This document shows positions 1-8,846 of a stretch of DNA of 64,000 nucleotides, one piece after another. The stretch lies in the IMG/VR virus record IMGVR_UViG_3300042452_000781, positions 582 through 64,581 of that record. One strand, written 5' to 3'. Numbering within the stretch: position 1 is the first letter of the stretch; the number at the start of each line of letters is the position of its first letter. This DNA comes from a virus (Duplodnaviria; Caudoviricetes). The notes below the pieces were generated by a model. It saw nothing but the letters and a program-made list of their open reading frames with translations, did no database searches and had not been told where the DNA came from. Both the position numbers and the translations under genes were made by a program.

Positions 1-940
1 GCGTTCCAGTAAGACCTTGAGCTGCGGTTGAAACCCCAGATATAGTAGAATATGTTGAGACTGTTGCTATACCAGCCGTGGATGAATAGCCGGAAATAGT
101 TGCATAGCCCGCAGCAGTAGAAATGCCGGAAACATTTGAATATGTTGAAATTCCCGAAGATATGGCATAACTTGAAATTGTTGATATTCCAGAAGAAGTA
201 GAGTAACCTGAGATGTATGTATAAGTTGCAATTCCAGCATTATTCGCATAAGGGGAATTAGTGGAAATACCAGTTAAATTGGAACCATCACCCAAGAAAC
301 TTGTGGCGGTAACGATACCTACAATAAGATTTGGAGTACCGGTTAGTCCTCGGGCAACTGTGGAAATTCCTGCTGTTGCTGCATATGTTGCAATACCGGC
401 ATTAATTGCATAAGATGGAATACCTACATTAATTCCAGTTAGTTGTGATCCATCTCCAAAGAATCTTGTGGCAGTGACAATTCCTGCAATTATGTTATTT
501 GTAATGAAATTATCTAAAACTGTTACGTTTCCTTTAAATTCAGTATTAGTACCAGCAAAACTGACGACTGTATCACCAGACGAGGATAAAATGCTGTTAC
601 CACCTAGGCGTATTTTTCCGCTAAATGAGGTAATTCCAACAGTAGAACCATTGCCAATATAAAAAGAGGTTGGAGCATAAATTAGACGATCTGGACTAAT
701 CTGTATGCTACTTCCAATTGATAAATTCCCAATTAAGGGATTATATGATAGACCATAATTTGTATATACTATCTCTTTTGAAGCTGGAGTGTTATTTGAA
801 TTAACTAAAGTTAGATATAAGGTAACATCAGAAGTGGTGCTCTGGGTGTAGATGTAGTAGGCACTATCAGCCATTGGGTCTTGAACTGTACTGACCCGGT
901 AAACTCCTGGACCTAATCTAATCCTAGATTTATCAATCAT
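1..940 (-). CDS. tail fibre-like virion structural protein (partial, runs off the window start)
   Basis: Read manually because it is absent from the ORF track. ATG at 940 overlaps the upstream stop (ATGA). The frame is open to position 1 (MIDKSRIRLGPG...) with the GIVTAT.F.GDGS.LTG and AGIAT/SGIST repeats typical of cyanophage fibre proteins. Confidence 0.75.
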   Translation of the reverse strand, partial: MIDKSRIRLGPGVYRVSTVQDPMADSAYYIYTQSTTSDVTLYLTLVNSNNTPASKEIVYTNYGLSYNPLIGNLSIGSSIQISPDRLIYAPTSFYIGNGSTVGITSFSGKIRLGGNSILSSSGDTVVSFAGTNTEFKGNVTVLDNFITNNIIAGIVTATRFFGDGSQLTGINVGIPSYAINAGIATYAATAGISTVARGLTGTPNLIVGIVTATSFLGDGSNLTGISTNSPYANNAGIATYTYISGYSTSSGISTISSYAISSGISTYSNVSGISTAAGYATISGYSSTAGIATVSTYSTISGVSTAAQGLTGT

Positions 941-1269
941 AGAGATGCAGTATCCTCCACTATTAGAGAACCCTTAACCAGCTTAAACGTCTCATATTGA
1001 TTTGTGATGATAATATCGAAATAATTTCTCCCAACGGATAATTGTTGTGTTATCTCCTTTTGCATACTTATATTAACATAACCGGTTTCACCTAAAACAG
1101 TAGCAACAAAAGATTTAAAAGACGTTGAAGATGGATACTTTCTTATCTTGGCAACTGCAGTATAATCGCTAATATTTAACGGATTTCCATCAAAAGAGTC
1201 AATCAAAAAAGATACAGAAAAATCTGTACCCTTTTCAATAGTGATTCCAGTGATTTCTTGTGTTGCCAT
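937..1269 (-). CDS. conserved cyanophage virion-associated hypothetical protein (BppU N-terminal-like beta sandwich)
   Basis: 110 aa ORF, co-oriented and tightly packed in the late operon; I.KGTDF...F, AKIRK and GRNYFDI motifs. Confidence 0.65.
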   Translation of the reverse strand: MATQEITGITIEKGTDFSVSFLIDSFDGNPLNISDYTAVAKIRKYPSSTSFKSFVATVLGETGYVNISMQKEITQQLSVGRNYFDIIITNQYETFKLVKGSLIVEDTASL

Positions 1270-1275
1270 TTTATA

Positions 1276-1542
1276 TTAGTTAGTAAATCCTACTTTATTG
1301 GCCTTAATCGCTGCACTTGTAAAAATGACATCTGTGGATAGTTTTTGTAAAAATTCTACGCTATAGCGTGGAATAGTAAAAGAATTTGAAGTGCTTGCTC
1401 CAACAGATGTTGAAATGCTGACTACGATTTCTCCGCCAGTATCATTACAAATTCTAACGCAAGTTGCAGAGTTGAGGGTTATTGCGGTTCCTGTTGTGGT
1501 GGGCGTTGAAACTTGTGTTTCAATCAGCTTTGTAATTTGCAT
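1276..1542 (-). CDS. hypothetical virion protein
   Basis: 88 aa ORF packed in the operon, ending KVGFTN as in small cyanophage structural proteins. Confidence 0.65.
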   Translation of the reverse strand: MQITKLIETQVSTPTTTGTAITLNSATCVRICNDTGGEIVVSISTSVGASTSNSFTIPRYSVEFLQKLSTDVIFTSAAIKANKVGFTN

Positions 1543-1594
1543 TATTATACTTCAATCTTATGTTTATTTATTATACTTCAATCTTATGTTTATT
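1543..1594. repeat. 26-bp tandem duplication in an intergenic region
   Basis: tattatacttcaatcttatgtttatt occurs at 1543-1568 and 1569-1594. Confidence 0.85.
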
Positions 1595-2823
1595 TACCTA
1601 CTTATCTCCTCCCAATCTAAAGAGCAGTGAATATTAGAATTTGTAACACTAGCCACTGCTGCCAGTGTCAATTCAAATGGAGTGTTATTTAAAGTGTTTC
1701 TTTCGAGTTGAAACTTAAATAGGGACTCTTTTAAAATATCAACATTACTATTGAATTGATTAGAGGCGCTAAAATAACCTGAAGCCAGAATTCTACCACC
1801 GGTTATTAGCGTGCCGTTAATGTTATACTCTACGGATGATTCGTTACCTGTATCAATCCATGTTCCACCAGACGTTGTTCCCCTAGAAACAACTTTCCAA
1901 TTATAATTAGAATTATTGGTAATTCCCATAATAGAAAGTGCAGTAAGAATAACGATAGCATCCATTCTATTGGGTGTGGTTTTAAGGCGAATTGAAATTA
2001 ACGGATAGAGTGTTCCGGCTACTGGCATAGTAACAGGTGTAGTTATCTGAGTGCCAACAGCTTGCTGAAGACCTCTTAGCTCGTAGCCACCTTCTGAAAT
2101 AACAGTTGAACAAACCTGCTTTAGTGTACTAGAGCTTGTTGTTACTCCAACATTAGTTATTTCATATCTTATAGGTAGACTTGCGGTTGTCATATAAGTT
2201 GTCTCAATTCTATTGGCATGATGGAAATAGTGTGCCGGAATTATTTTACCATCTATGATAAAACCGGCTCTTACAGTCCCCTCTCCTAGCCATTCAATAT
2301 CTGTCCAAAATATCTGAGCCTTGGAAATATTCAATTTTATTCCAGTAGGATTTGATACACCAACTCCGGTTAAAGTGTCTACGTTCCATTGGGTTTGTGG
2401 AACTCTTGTTTCTGAAACTATACCACTAGTAATGCTTCTTTCTACAATATTGACTGCATCACCATCTTGTTCAAAATATATCCCATTATCAATTCCGAAA
2501 TAACCAATTCTTTGCCTGAGGTTTGGTTTAGGTGGATTCATAATGCCAGTATTGTTAATGCTCAATCCTTTGCCTGGTTGATAAGCGAATACTTTTGTCG
2601 TTTCTCGTATAATCTGGCAAGTTGCTCCGGTTCCAACAGTTAGTTCAACCAACCCCTGATGGGGATTAAAAGAATATGTGCTTCCAGCTCCAACAACTAA
2701 AGTTGACCAAAGATCATTATCTCTATAACGATGACTAGAATCAAATAGTGTTAATGGATTTGAAGACTTTAACCTCCCAAAGGCATCATATATATTTTTA
2801 CTCGGCTCGTATAAGTGTGACAT
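1594..2823 (-). CDS. virion structural protein (beta-rich, lectin/ConA-like)
   Basis: About 409 aa; the likely start MSHLYEP at 2823 overlaps the upstream stop. DAFGRL...TLFDS, QRIGYF, DIEWLG.G.VR.GF and C-terminal DWEE motifs. Confidence 0.7.
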   Translation of the reverse strand: MSHLYEPSKNIYDAFGRLKSSNPLTLFDSSHRYRDNDLWSTLVVGAGSTYSFNPHQGLVELTVGTGATCQIIRETTKVFAYQPGKGLSINNTGIMNPPKPNLRQRIGYFGIDNGIYFEQDGDAVNIVERSITSGIVSETRVPQTQWNVDTLTGVGVSNPTGIKLNISKAQIFWTDIEWLGEGTVRAGFIIDGKIIPAHYFHHANRIETTYMTTASLPIRYEITNVGVTTSSSTLKQVCSTVISEGGYELRGLQQAVGTQITTPVTMPVAGTLYPLISIRLKTTPNRMDAIVILTALSIMGITNNSNYNWKVVSRGTTSGGTWIDTGNESSVEYNINGTLITGGRILASGYFSASNQFNSNVDILKESLFKFQLERNTLNNTPFELTLAAVASVTNSNIHCSLDWEEISR

Positions 2824-3587
2824 TAGACTACTCTCCACCCATTATTGTAAATGATAGTTATTGAACCATAATCAAAAGCTATAGTAACCGCAGGCTTTCC
2901 ATCAATAGTATCAGAACCGGATGAAATAATTTGAATATAACGGTTAGCTCCATTTGAAGCCTGACCTAATTCATCTTTGATTACATAACATGTTCCATTT
3001 GTTGAACTGTCAGGAAGTGTTATTGTAACCGCTCCTTGAAAATTTACTCCGATATAATAATCAGTTGTTTTTATTGTATAAGAATTTGTGGATACAGTCG
3101 TCGTGGAATATTGCATTCCACTGCTACCCGGATCTGCACCTTCCCATTTTTTATTGGTGGTATTATAGCGAAGAAACTTATTATTAACTTTAGCTGAATT
3201 TCTATCTACATCATCTAAAAATTCTAAACGAGTTTCACCGCCTCCACCTATAATTGAGAGTTGTTGCTGTATTCTTGATAAAAAAGACTGGTAATGCTTC
3301 TGAAAGGCATCAACAGTCAAAAAGTTCTGATCTAAAGGGGTTAGCGGATCCTGGTTTTTTGTAGATGTAGGTTCAGCGAGAAGTCCTAAGGATTTCTCCA
3401 ACAGGGAATGATCCTCTTTAATAAATTTAGTTTTTGTGCTCTTATCTCTTTTTTTCGGTTTAGTCTCCTCAATTAGAGGTTTAATAAAAAAATCATCAAA
3501 AGAAGTGGAAATTAATTCCTCCACTTCTTCCTGCTGTATCTTCTTTTCTTTACTTACTGCCTCAAAAAATTCTTTGAGGTCTCCCAT
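2823..3587 (-). CDS. virion structural/fibre-associated protein
   Basis: 254 aa; GGGGETRLEFLDDVD, DYYIGV, TITLP, IKDE.G and DTIDG motifs typical of cyanophage fibre-like proteins. Confidence 0.65.
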   Translation of the reverse strand: MGDLKEFFEAVSKEKKIQQEEVEELISTSFDDFFIKPLIEETKPKKRDKSTKTKFIKEDHSLLEKSLGLLAEPTSTKNQDPLTPLDQNFLTVDAFQKHYQSFLSRIQQQLSIIGGGGETRLEFLDDVDRNSAKVNNKFLRYNTTNKKWEGADPGSSGMQYSTTTVSTNSYTIKTTDYYIGVNFQGAVTITLPDSSTNGTCYVIKDELGQASNGANRYIQIISSGSDTIDGKPAVTIAFDYGSITIIYNNGWRVV

Positions 3588-3745
3588 TAATCTTTAGAAC
3601 CATTAAATAAGGCTGCAGATACTTCAGGCACCAATTCATCAATCTTTTCTAGAGCCTTCCCAGATAGAATATCTTTAATTCTATCACTAATTTGAGCCTG
3701 CGAATCATCGGCTGCAATTAAATCAAGTAAATCTTGTTCGTCCAT
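3587..3745 (-). CDS. small conserved protein downstream of the portal (position of T4 gp67-like prohead core)
   Basis: Manual ORF MDEQDLLDLIAADDSQAQISDRIKDILSGKALEKIDELVPEVSAALFNGSKD (52 aa); its stop overlaps the next start. Confidence 0.7.
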   Translation of the reverse strand: MDEQDLLDLIAADDSQAQISDRIKDILSGKALEKIDELVPEVSAALFNGSKD

Positions 3746-3770
3746 TTTGTTATATAATAACTAAGTCTAT

Positions 3771-5921
3771 TTAGATTTCTCCACCCTTGGGCATTTTAGG
3801 TTCAACCGGAACTTTACCAGATTGACCATTTATGTTATTTGCAGCCTGAGAGGCCGCTACAGGGGCTTCTGGGGTGCCTGTGGGGGGTTCTTGGGGTGCC
3901 ATATTGGGATCTAACGGTAAACCCGTTTCTGGGTCAACTGGGGCATTTGGATCAGGAATAGTTCCATCCTTTATTTCCTTTTCAATCAGCCCATCTTGCT
4001 CAATAATTTCTTCATCAGTCTGGCGGAGAATTTTTCTGCGTAGATAGTCCTGAGAGAAATATCTGCCGACATATGGTTCAGCCATTGTTACCATATTCAA
4101 ACGTTCGGTAAATAGCTCAGATTCTTTAAGTTCGGCAAAGTGATTATCATATAGGAAATCAAACTGAATATGTTCAGCCATTTTTTTCCAATCTTCGGGT
4201 GTCACAATATTCTTTAGTTGAAGTTGGGTTCCCAATAGATCAATAAAAAGTTGAGAAAACCTTTTGCGCAATCTTCCTACAAATTTGGTAAACTTAACTT
4301 CATCTCTTAAGATTTCAGTTGAACGGCCTAGATTGAAACCGCTATCTCCACCGATTCTAGTTTCGGGCACGTTTAGTGACTTATAGAGATTTCTTTTGAA
4401 ATATTCCAAATCAGTTAATTCGCCTAAATTACTGTTTTTGGTATAGATTCCACAGGAAAGAGCAAAAGTGTGATAGTTATGAATAGACTCATCAGAATCA
4501 ATTGTTAAAGTTCCCACTTCAATTTCATCAATTAGATATTCAATATTTGTGATTGCTATATTTTCTTTTTTATGAAGGGGAATCATACTCTGTCCTACAG
4601 ACAAATCCTTTGCCTCAACAAAGCCAATATCATAAATTGGGAATTTGTGGTCGTAGGTACAAATGATGCTCTCACCATTATCAAGAGTAATTCTCATAAC
4701 CTTAGCACTCTTTTGAGTAACCCCCGCCCAAGAAATTAAGCCAGGTGCAAACTCACCAGTTGTTGGATGACAAGAATAAGTCCAAAGTTTCTTACCATCT
4801 TTCATTTCAGACTCAATCTCTGAAATTGTTAGTTCTCGTCCGTCTAGTAAAGATACTTTTGTATCCATTGCTAGACATCCCGCAGGTAAGGTATCAACTT
4901 CAGTACCTCTACCACCTTCACGTCTAGCAAACCAATAATCTTCCATAAGACTCATAAACTTACGGGAAGTATCAACTTCGCCCGTAATATTATTGTAGTT
5001 CATCTTATTGCGATACCTTAGCATAACTTCGCGTAGGTATTGTTCAGCCTTAGGCTTCGGCATACTGCCAACATCAATATAGAAAATTCTCTTTTCTGTG
5101 CTTCGGCTAAGACGATAAATTACGATACTATCTTCAATCATTCTAAGTTGATTGAGAATTTTAATTGCCTTATTGAGATAAGAGAGTGTGGTTCCTTTAT
5201 TGCGATCAACTAATCCCGATGTGCAATATGCAATAGATTCTTTCGTGAATCTAATTCCCTTTTCAGCACCGGCTGACATATCGGCAGAACCAACTGGATA
5301 GGATTGTTTGGGGCTGTAGACAAAATATTCGTCCAGTTCTGGGAATGCCATTTCATTTGGATTTTGATCTTCATATAATTTTGGAGACATATTATCACGC
5401 TTTTGCTTTTTCGCTTGTCTTACAAAGCGAATTTTCATAGAATCCACATACCTAAGATCTTGAATTCCCGCATGGGGATTCTTGAAGTCAATTAGCTTAT
5501 GATAATGTAGTCTACCATCAATATACCAATTTCTAAATATCTCGTGAGACTTTTTATCAAAATCTAGCATCTCAAGAATATACTTAAATTCTCTGCGAAT
5601 TGAATCTTTTATACCATCACTGGCACTAAGATTTGATAATTCAATTTCAACCGGGGAATCATTAGTATCCGAAACAATCGCCTCATTTACAATATCTTCA
5701 ATTGCAGTATCAACTTCGTGATGAAGTGACATTTCACGATACCGCTTAATTAAGTCAAATTCAGTTCGGTAAACACCTTCAATGTCTACATAAGAACCAA
5801 AAAAGCCAGTGGTCAAATAATGATCAGAGCCGTCATCATTATTTGGTGGTACTGGCGATAGTAGGTCTTTTGTTAATTTCTTAGATTCATCTTCAATAGA
5901 AAAACCAAATAATTTAGCCAT
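3771..5921 (-). CDS. gp20: portal vertex protein gp20, intein-containing
   Basis: MAKLFGFSI, FRNWYIDGR, IKILNQLRMIED, RIFYIDVG.MPK.KAEQY, RREGGRGTEV.TL and LRDEVKF.KF motifs. Confidence 0.97.
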   Translation of the reverse strand: MAKLFGFSIEDESKKLTKDLLSPVPPNNDDGSDHYLTTGFFGSYVDIEGVYRTEFDLIKRYREMSLHHEVDTAIEDIVNEAIVSDTNDSPVEIELSNLSASDGIKDSIRREFKYILEMLDFDKKSHEIFRNWYIDGRLHYHKLIDFKNPHAGIQDLRYVDSMKIRFVRQAKKQKRDNMSPKLYEDQNPNEMAFPELDEYFVYSPKQSYPVGSADMSAGAEKGIRFTKESIAYCTSGLVDRNKGTTLSYLNKAIKILNQLRMIEDSIVIYRLSRSTEKRIFYIDVGSMPKPKAEQYLREVMLRYRNKMNYNNITGEVDTSRKFMSLMEDYWFARREGGRGTEVDTLPAGCLAMDTKVSLLDGRELTISEIESEMKDGKKLWTYSCHPTTGEFAPGLISWAGVTQKSAKVMRITLDNGESIICTYDHKFPIYDIGFVEAKDLSVGQSMIPLHKKENIAITNIEYLIDEIEVGTLTIDSDESIHNYHTFALSCGIYTKNSNLGELTDLEYFKRNLYKSLNVPETRIGGDSGFNLGRSTEILRDEVKFTKFVGRLRKRFSQLFIDLLGTQLQLKNIVTPEDWKKMAEHIQFDFLYDNHFAELKESELFTERLNMVTMAEPYVGRYFSQDYLRRKILRQTDEEIIEQDGLIEKEIKDGTIPDPNAPVDPETGLPLDPNMAPQEPPTGTPEAPVAASQAANNINGQSGKVPVEPKMPKGGEI
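4434..4877 (-). mobile_element. mini-intein in gp20 (148 aa, no endonuclease)
   Basis: Inserted at TLPAG|CLAMDTKV...CTYDHKF...GIYTKN|SNLGE. C1, the block B TxxH motif and terminal Asn/+1 Ser are present; no LAGLIDADG motifs. Confidence 0.92.
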
Positions 5922-5954
5922 TATTAATTAATAATTTTAACTGACCTATTTAGC

Positions 5955-6581
5955 TTAGGTAATTGGAGAATTTACCTGATCGGTGATTCCGGTTGCATTT
6001 CCTGCGGTCCAGTGAGTCATATGAAACTCTACAGTAAAAGTTTGAATCTGATCAGTAGAATCCCAGCTCAAATCAATCGGGCTCAGATTTGATGGCCAGG
6101 CATTATGAAGAACATATGTGCGAATGGGTTTAAAAGTTGAGCCGCTAGTTGCATTGGAGATGGTTGAGGATTCAATACCAGTATCATAACCACGGCCAAA
6201 TTGTTGAACGTGAATAGCATTTGCCATATAAGAATCTGGCCGAGTTACACCGGTTCCAGTTTCCATACGGTTGATTGCATTTGACCATGCCTCAAATGCA
6301 GTACGATTTTTGAAATTTTCGTCGTTGATAATTGTAACAGTCCAAGGGTCGTAAGTTCTATCTCCTGGGACTTTGAGGATTCTACCTCTAAAATTGACAT
6401 CCACTGGATTTACATTAGATGCCGGAATTGCACCACCTTTAGCCATAAATGTAAAGGTTTCATTATCCCAACCTGGAACAATCGTGGGGAATGCTGGAAT
6501 ACTAAGTTCAAATAAATTAGCTCGGGCGCCGCCGCCTGCTAGTTTAGATTTAAATGCGGTAATCGTTTTTAGTGTTGCCAT
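5955..6581 (-). CDS. gp19: tail tube protein gp19
   Basis: GGGARANLFE, FRGRILKVPGDRT..PWTVTIIND and IQTFTVEF motifs; position between gp18 and gp20. Confidence 0.95.
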   Translation of the reverse strand: MATLKTITAFKSKLAGGGARANLFELSIPAFPTIVPGWDNETFTFMAKGGAIPASNVNPVDVNFRGRILKVPGDRTYDPWTVTIINDENFKNRTAFEAWSNAINRMETGTGVTRPDSYMANAIHVQQFGRGYDTGIESSTISNATSGSTFKPIRTYVLHNAWPSNLSPIDLSWDSTDQIQTFTVEFHMTHWTAGNATGITDQVNSPIT

Positions 6582-6621
6582 TTTAGTTCTTAAACCTCTG
6601 TGTTAATGTTGTATTGATAAA

Positions 6622-8787
6622 TCAGGCTCGGCCAATCACTTCATCAAAGCTTACTCCATTGCGGGTTGCAACAAAAGTAAGAGTGACATAATTGATTGAT
6701 TTAACCGGTTTCAGGTAAATATCAGCTCTGAACTCGTTATTATCAATTACTGCATCGGTATTGTTACTGGTATCACAGATAACCCGGAAATCATAAACAC
6801 CACCTTTAGCCTGAATGTCTCTTAAGTATGGTTCAACAATATTGATAAAGTTTGAGCGGGTTTGTTCAGTATTGTTTTCAAATAGAGTTGCATTGGCTGT
6901 AGAACCAAGAGCCTGTTCAACCGTAAGAAAGAGTCTGCGAACGTTAATTCTATCAAAAGCAGAGGCATAACCAAGAGCGGTTTTGTCGCCCCATAATGTA
7001 GGCCCAAAACCTGGAAGATTTACAATGGCATTCACACGGGCCGGATATAGACGATCTCTTTGGTTGTTATCGGGACTGTAAGCTAGATTGATTGCTCCAT
7101 TGAGAACTCCACGTTGCTGACCAGCGGGAGAGTTCCAGGGATATGCAATAATACTAGTACGAATCATTAGACCAGCAATATCTGGATTACAGGGAATATA
7201 ACGATAGCGATTATTGAAACGGTCAAAGACATACTTATAACCAGAATCAAACACCGCAAAAGAAGAGCTTGAAAGTGAGGTGAAGAATTCAATGACATTA
7301 TTGGTCTGAGCTTCAGTGTCAGTTAAACCAACAACATCAGTTCTATGTGGAGAAATTGTTGCAATACAATCTTTTCTTTGATTTGCAAGAGAAATGAGTT
7401 GATTAGCCTTGGCCTGCGAGTCAACTTTATTAATATAGCCAGGACCCATAATTAGATAATCCAGGGGGTACTTGTCTCTATTAGAGAAAAGTTGATAACC
7501 TGAAATAATTTCAGCTAGAGTTGGCAACATGCCACCATTAATTCCATAATCTTTACCACCTAAAAGTGAAAAGACTGCATTACCAATAGAACTAAAAGTT
7601 TTACTCTGAGTGGATCCATTCCACAATCCTTCCGCGACCGTCAGCTTTGTGAATCCGGTGCTAAAGCCAGTTGGATATACGGTTTCATTATTGCTATTAT
7701 CGGACGGGTTATCGCCAACATAGACATAAGAAGAATTGGTTGCAATATAATCCTTCCAGAAGATACTTTGAGGAGCATTTACAGTTGAGCGGGCATCATT
7801 AGCCTTGGAAAGATTTAAATGCTTCTCAAGTAAATTGCCTTGAATACCTGTAATGTTGCCAGTGTCGTCAACAACTACAACGTGAATTGCATCATTTCTA
7901 CTATTTCTATCGAAAGAATATTGATTAGTAGACGGCTTAGCTGCAATAGACTTCCAGTAAATTGTGCTGTTAGTGAGAGGAATCACCTGCTCATTATACC
8001 AATCTTTGGCATCAGTAACAGTGGCAGTTGTAACATTGGCACCACTATTGTTTATAATTCTGACAACGTTTGTGGCTAAAAATGAGCGTAGTTGAGAGCG
8101 TTCTGCATAGTTTACTTTGGTTTCAACGTTGGCCGAATCGACAACGGAAACAATTTTTACATCAACCGTACTATTTCCAATACCAGTAACAATTGACTTG
8201 AGGTAACCGTTGAAAAGGGTAGTGGAACCGATACCAGCAGATGGCTGATTTACTAGAGGTGTGGTAATACCAAATCCAGCAACAACTTGAGTGGCCGCAG
8301 CACCAACCGTAAGAATTTGATCAGCCTTATCGTCAATAATTGCAACCTTTAGATTATTTGCCCATTCACCTGGAGTCTTAGCGGCAAAAATATAAGTCTT
8401 TACGTCATCGGTGTGGTTGAGACTATAATCTTGAAAGTTTTTGATTTTTAGATCAACCTGACCTACTGTTGAAACCCCGACATTATCCCGTCTAGCATTG
8501 GCATTGACTAGATTGCTACCATTGCTCCTAACTACGTTTAAAGTTCCACCGTAAGAAAGAAAAGAAGATGCAGATAACCAATACTCATATTGTGCATCAG
8601 TATTTTGGGGTTTACCAAAAACGTTGATTAATTCTTGTTCGGTTCTGATATTTACGGCTTCCTCTACCGGGCCGATACTAAATGGACCGACGATTGCTCC
8701 AATATTGTCAACAATATTATCTACCCGTCCAACTGTTTGATCAACCTCTCTAATGATAAAACCGGGAGATAGTTGCGGAGTCGCCAT
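6622..8787 (-). CDS. gp18: tail sheath protein gp18
   Basis: LSPG..IREVD, W.SPAG..RG, WGDKT, SAFDRINVRRLF and KPVKSINYVTLTFVAT motifs. Confidence 0.97.
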   Translation of the reverse strand: MATPQLSPGFIIREVDQTVGRVDNIVDNIGAIVGPFSIGPVEEAVNIRTEQELINVFGKPQNTDAQYEYWLSASSFLSYGGTLNVVRSNGSNLVNANARRDNVGVSTVGQVDLKIKNFQDYSLNHTDDVKTYIFAAKTPGEWANNLKVAIIDDKADQILTVGAAATQVVAGFGITTPLVNQPSAGIGSTTLFNGYLKSIVTGIGNSTVDVKIVSVVDSANVETKVNYAERSQLRSFLATNVVRIINNSGANVTTATVTDAKDWYNEQVIPLTNSTIYWKSIAAKPSTNQYSFDRNSRNDAIHVVVVDDTGNITGIQGNLLEKHLNLSKANDARSTVNAPQSIFWKDYIATNSSYVYVGDNPSDNSNNETVYPTGFSTGFTKLTVAEGLWNGSTQSKTFSSIGNAVFSLLGGKDYGINGGMLPTLAEIISGYQLFSNRDKYPLDYLIMGPGYINKVDSQAKANQLISLANQRKDCIATISPHRTDVVGLTDTEAQTNNVIEFFTSLSSSSFAVFDSGYKYVFDRFNNRYRYIPCNPDIAGLMIRTSIIAYPWNSPAGQQRGVLNGAINLAYSPDNNQRDRLYPARVNAIVNLPGFGPTLWGDKTALGYASAFDRINVRRLFLTVEQALGSTANATLFENNTEQTRSNFINIVEPYLRDIQAKGGVYDFRVICDTSNNTDAVIDNNEFRADIYLKPVKSINYVTLTFVATRNGVSFDEVIGRA

Positions 8788-8816
8788 ATTTTATGCCTTT
8801 CATTAAGTCTTATTAG

Positions 8817-8824
8817 TATTTATA
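8817..8824 (-). promoter_or_regulatory. T4-type late promoter TATAAATA upstream of gp18
   Basis: Exact TATAAATA on the minus strand 30 nt before the gp18 start. Related (A/C)TAAATA boxes precede other late genes (e.g. 5947, 11544, 13126, 19559, 26277, 39878). Confidence 0.8.
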
Positions 8825-8846
8825 ATAATGGGCATTTAAGAGTGAA

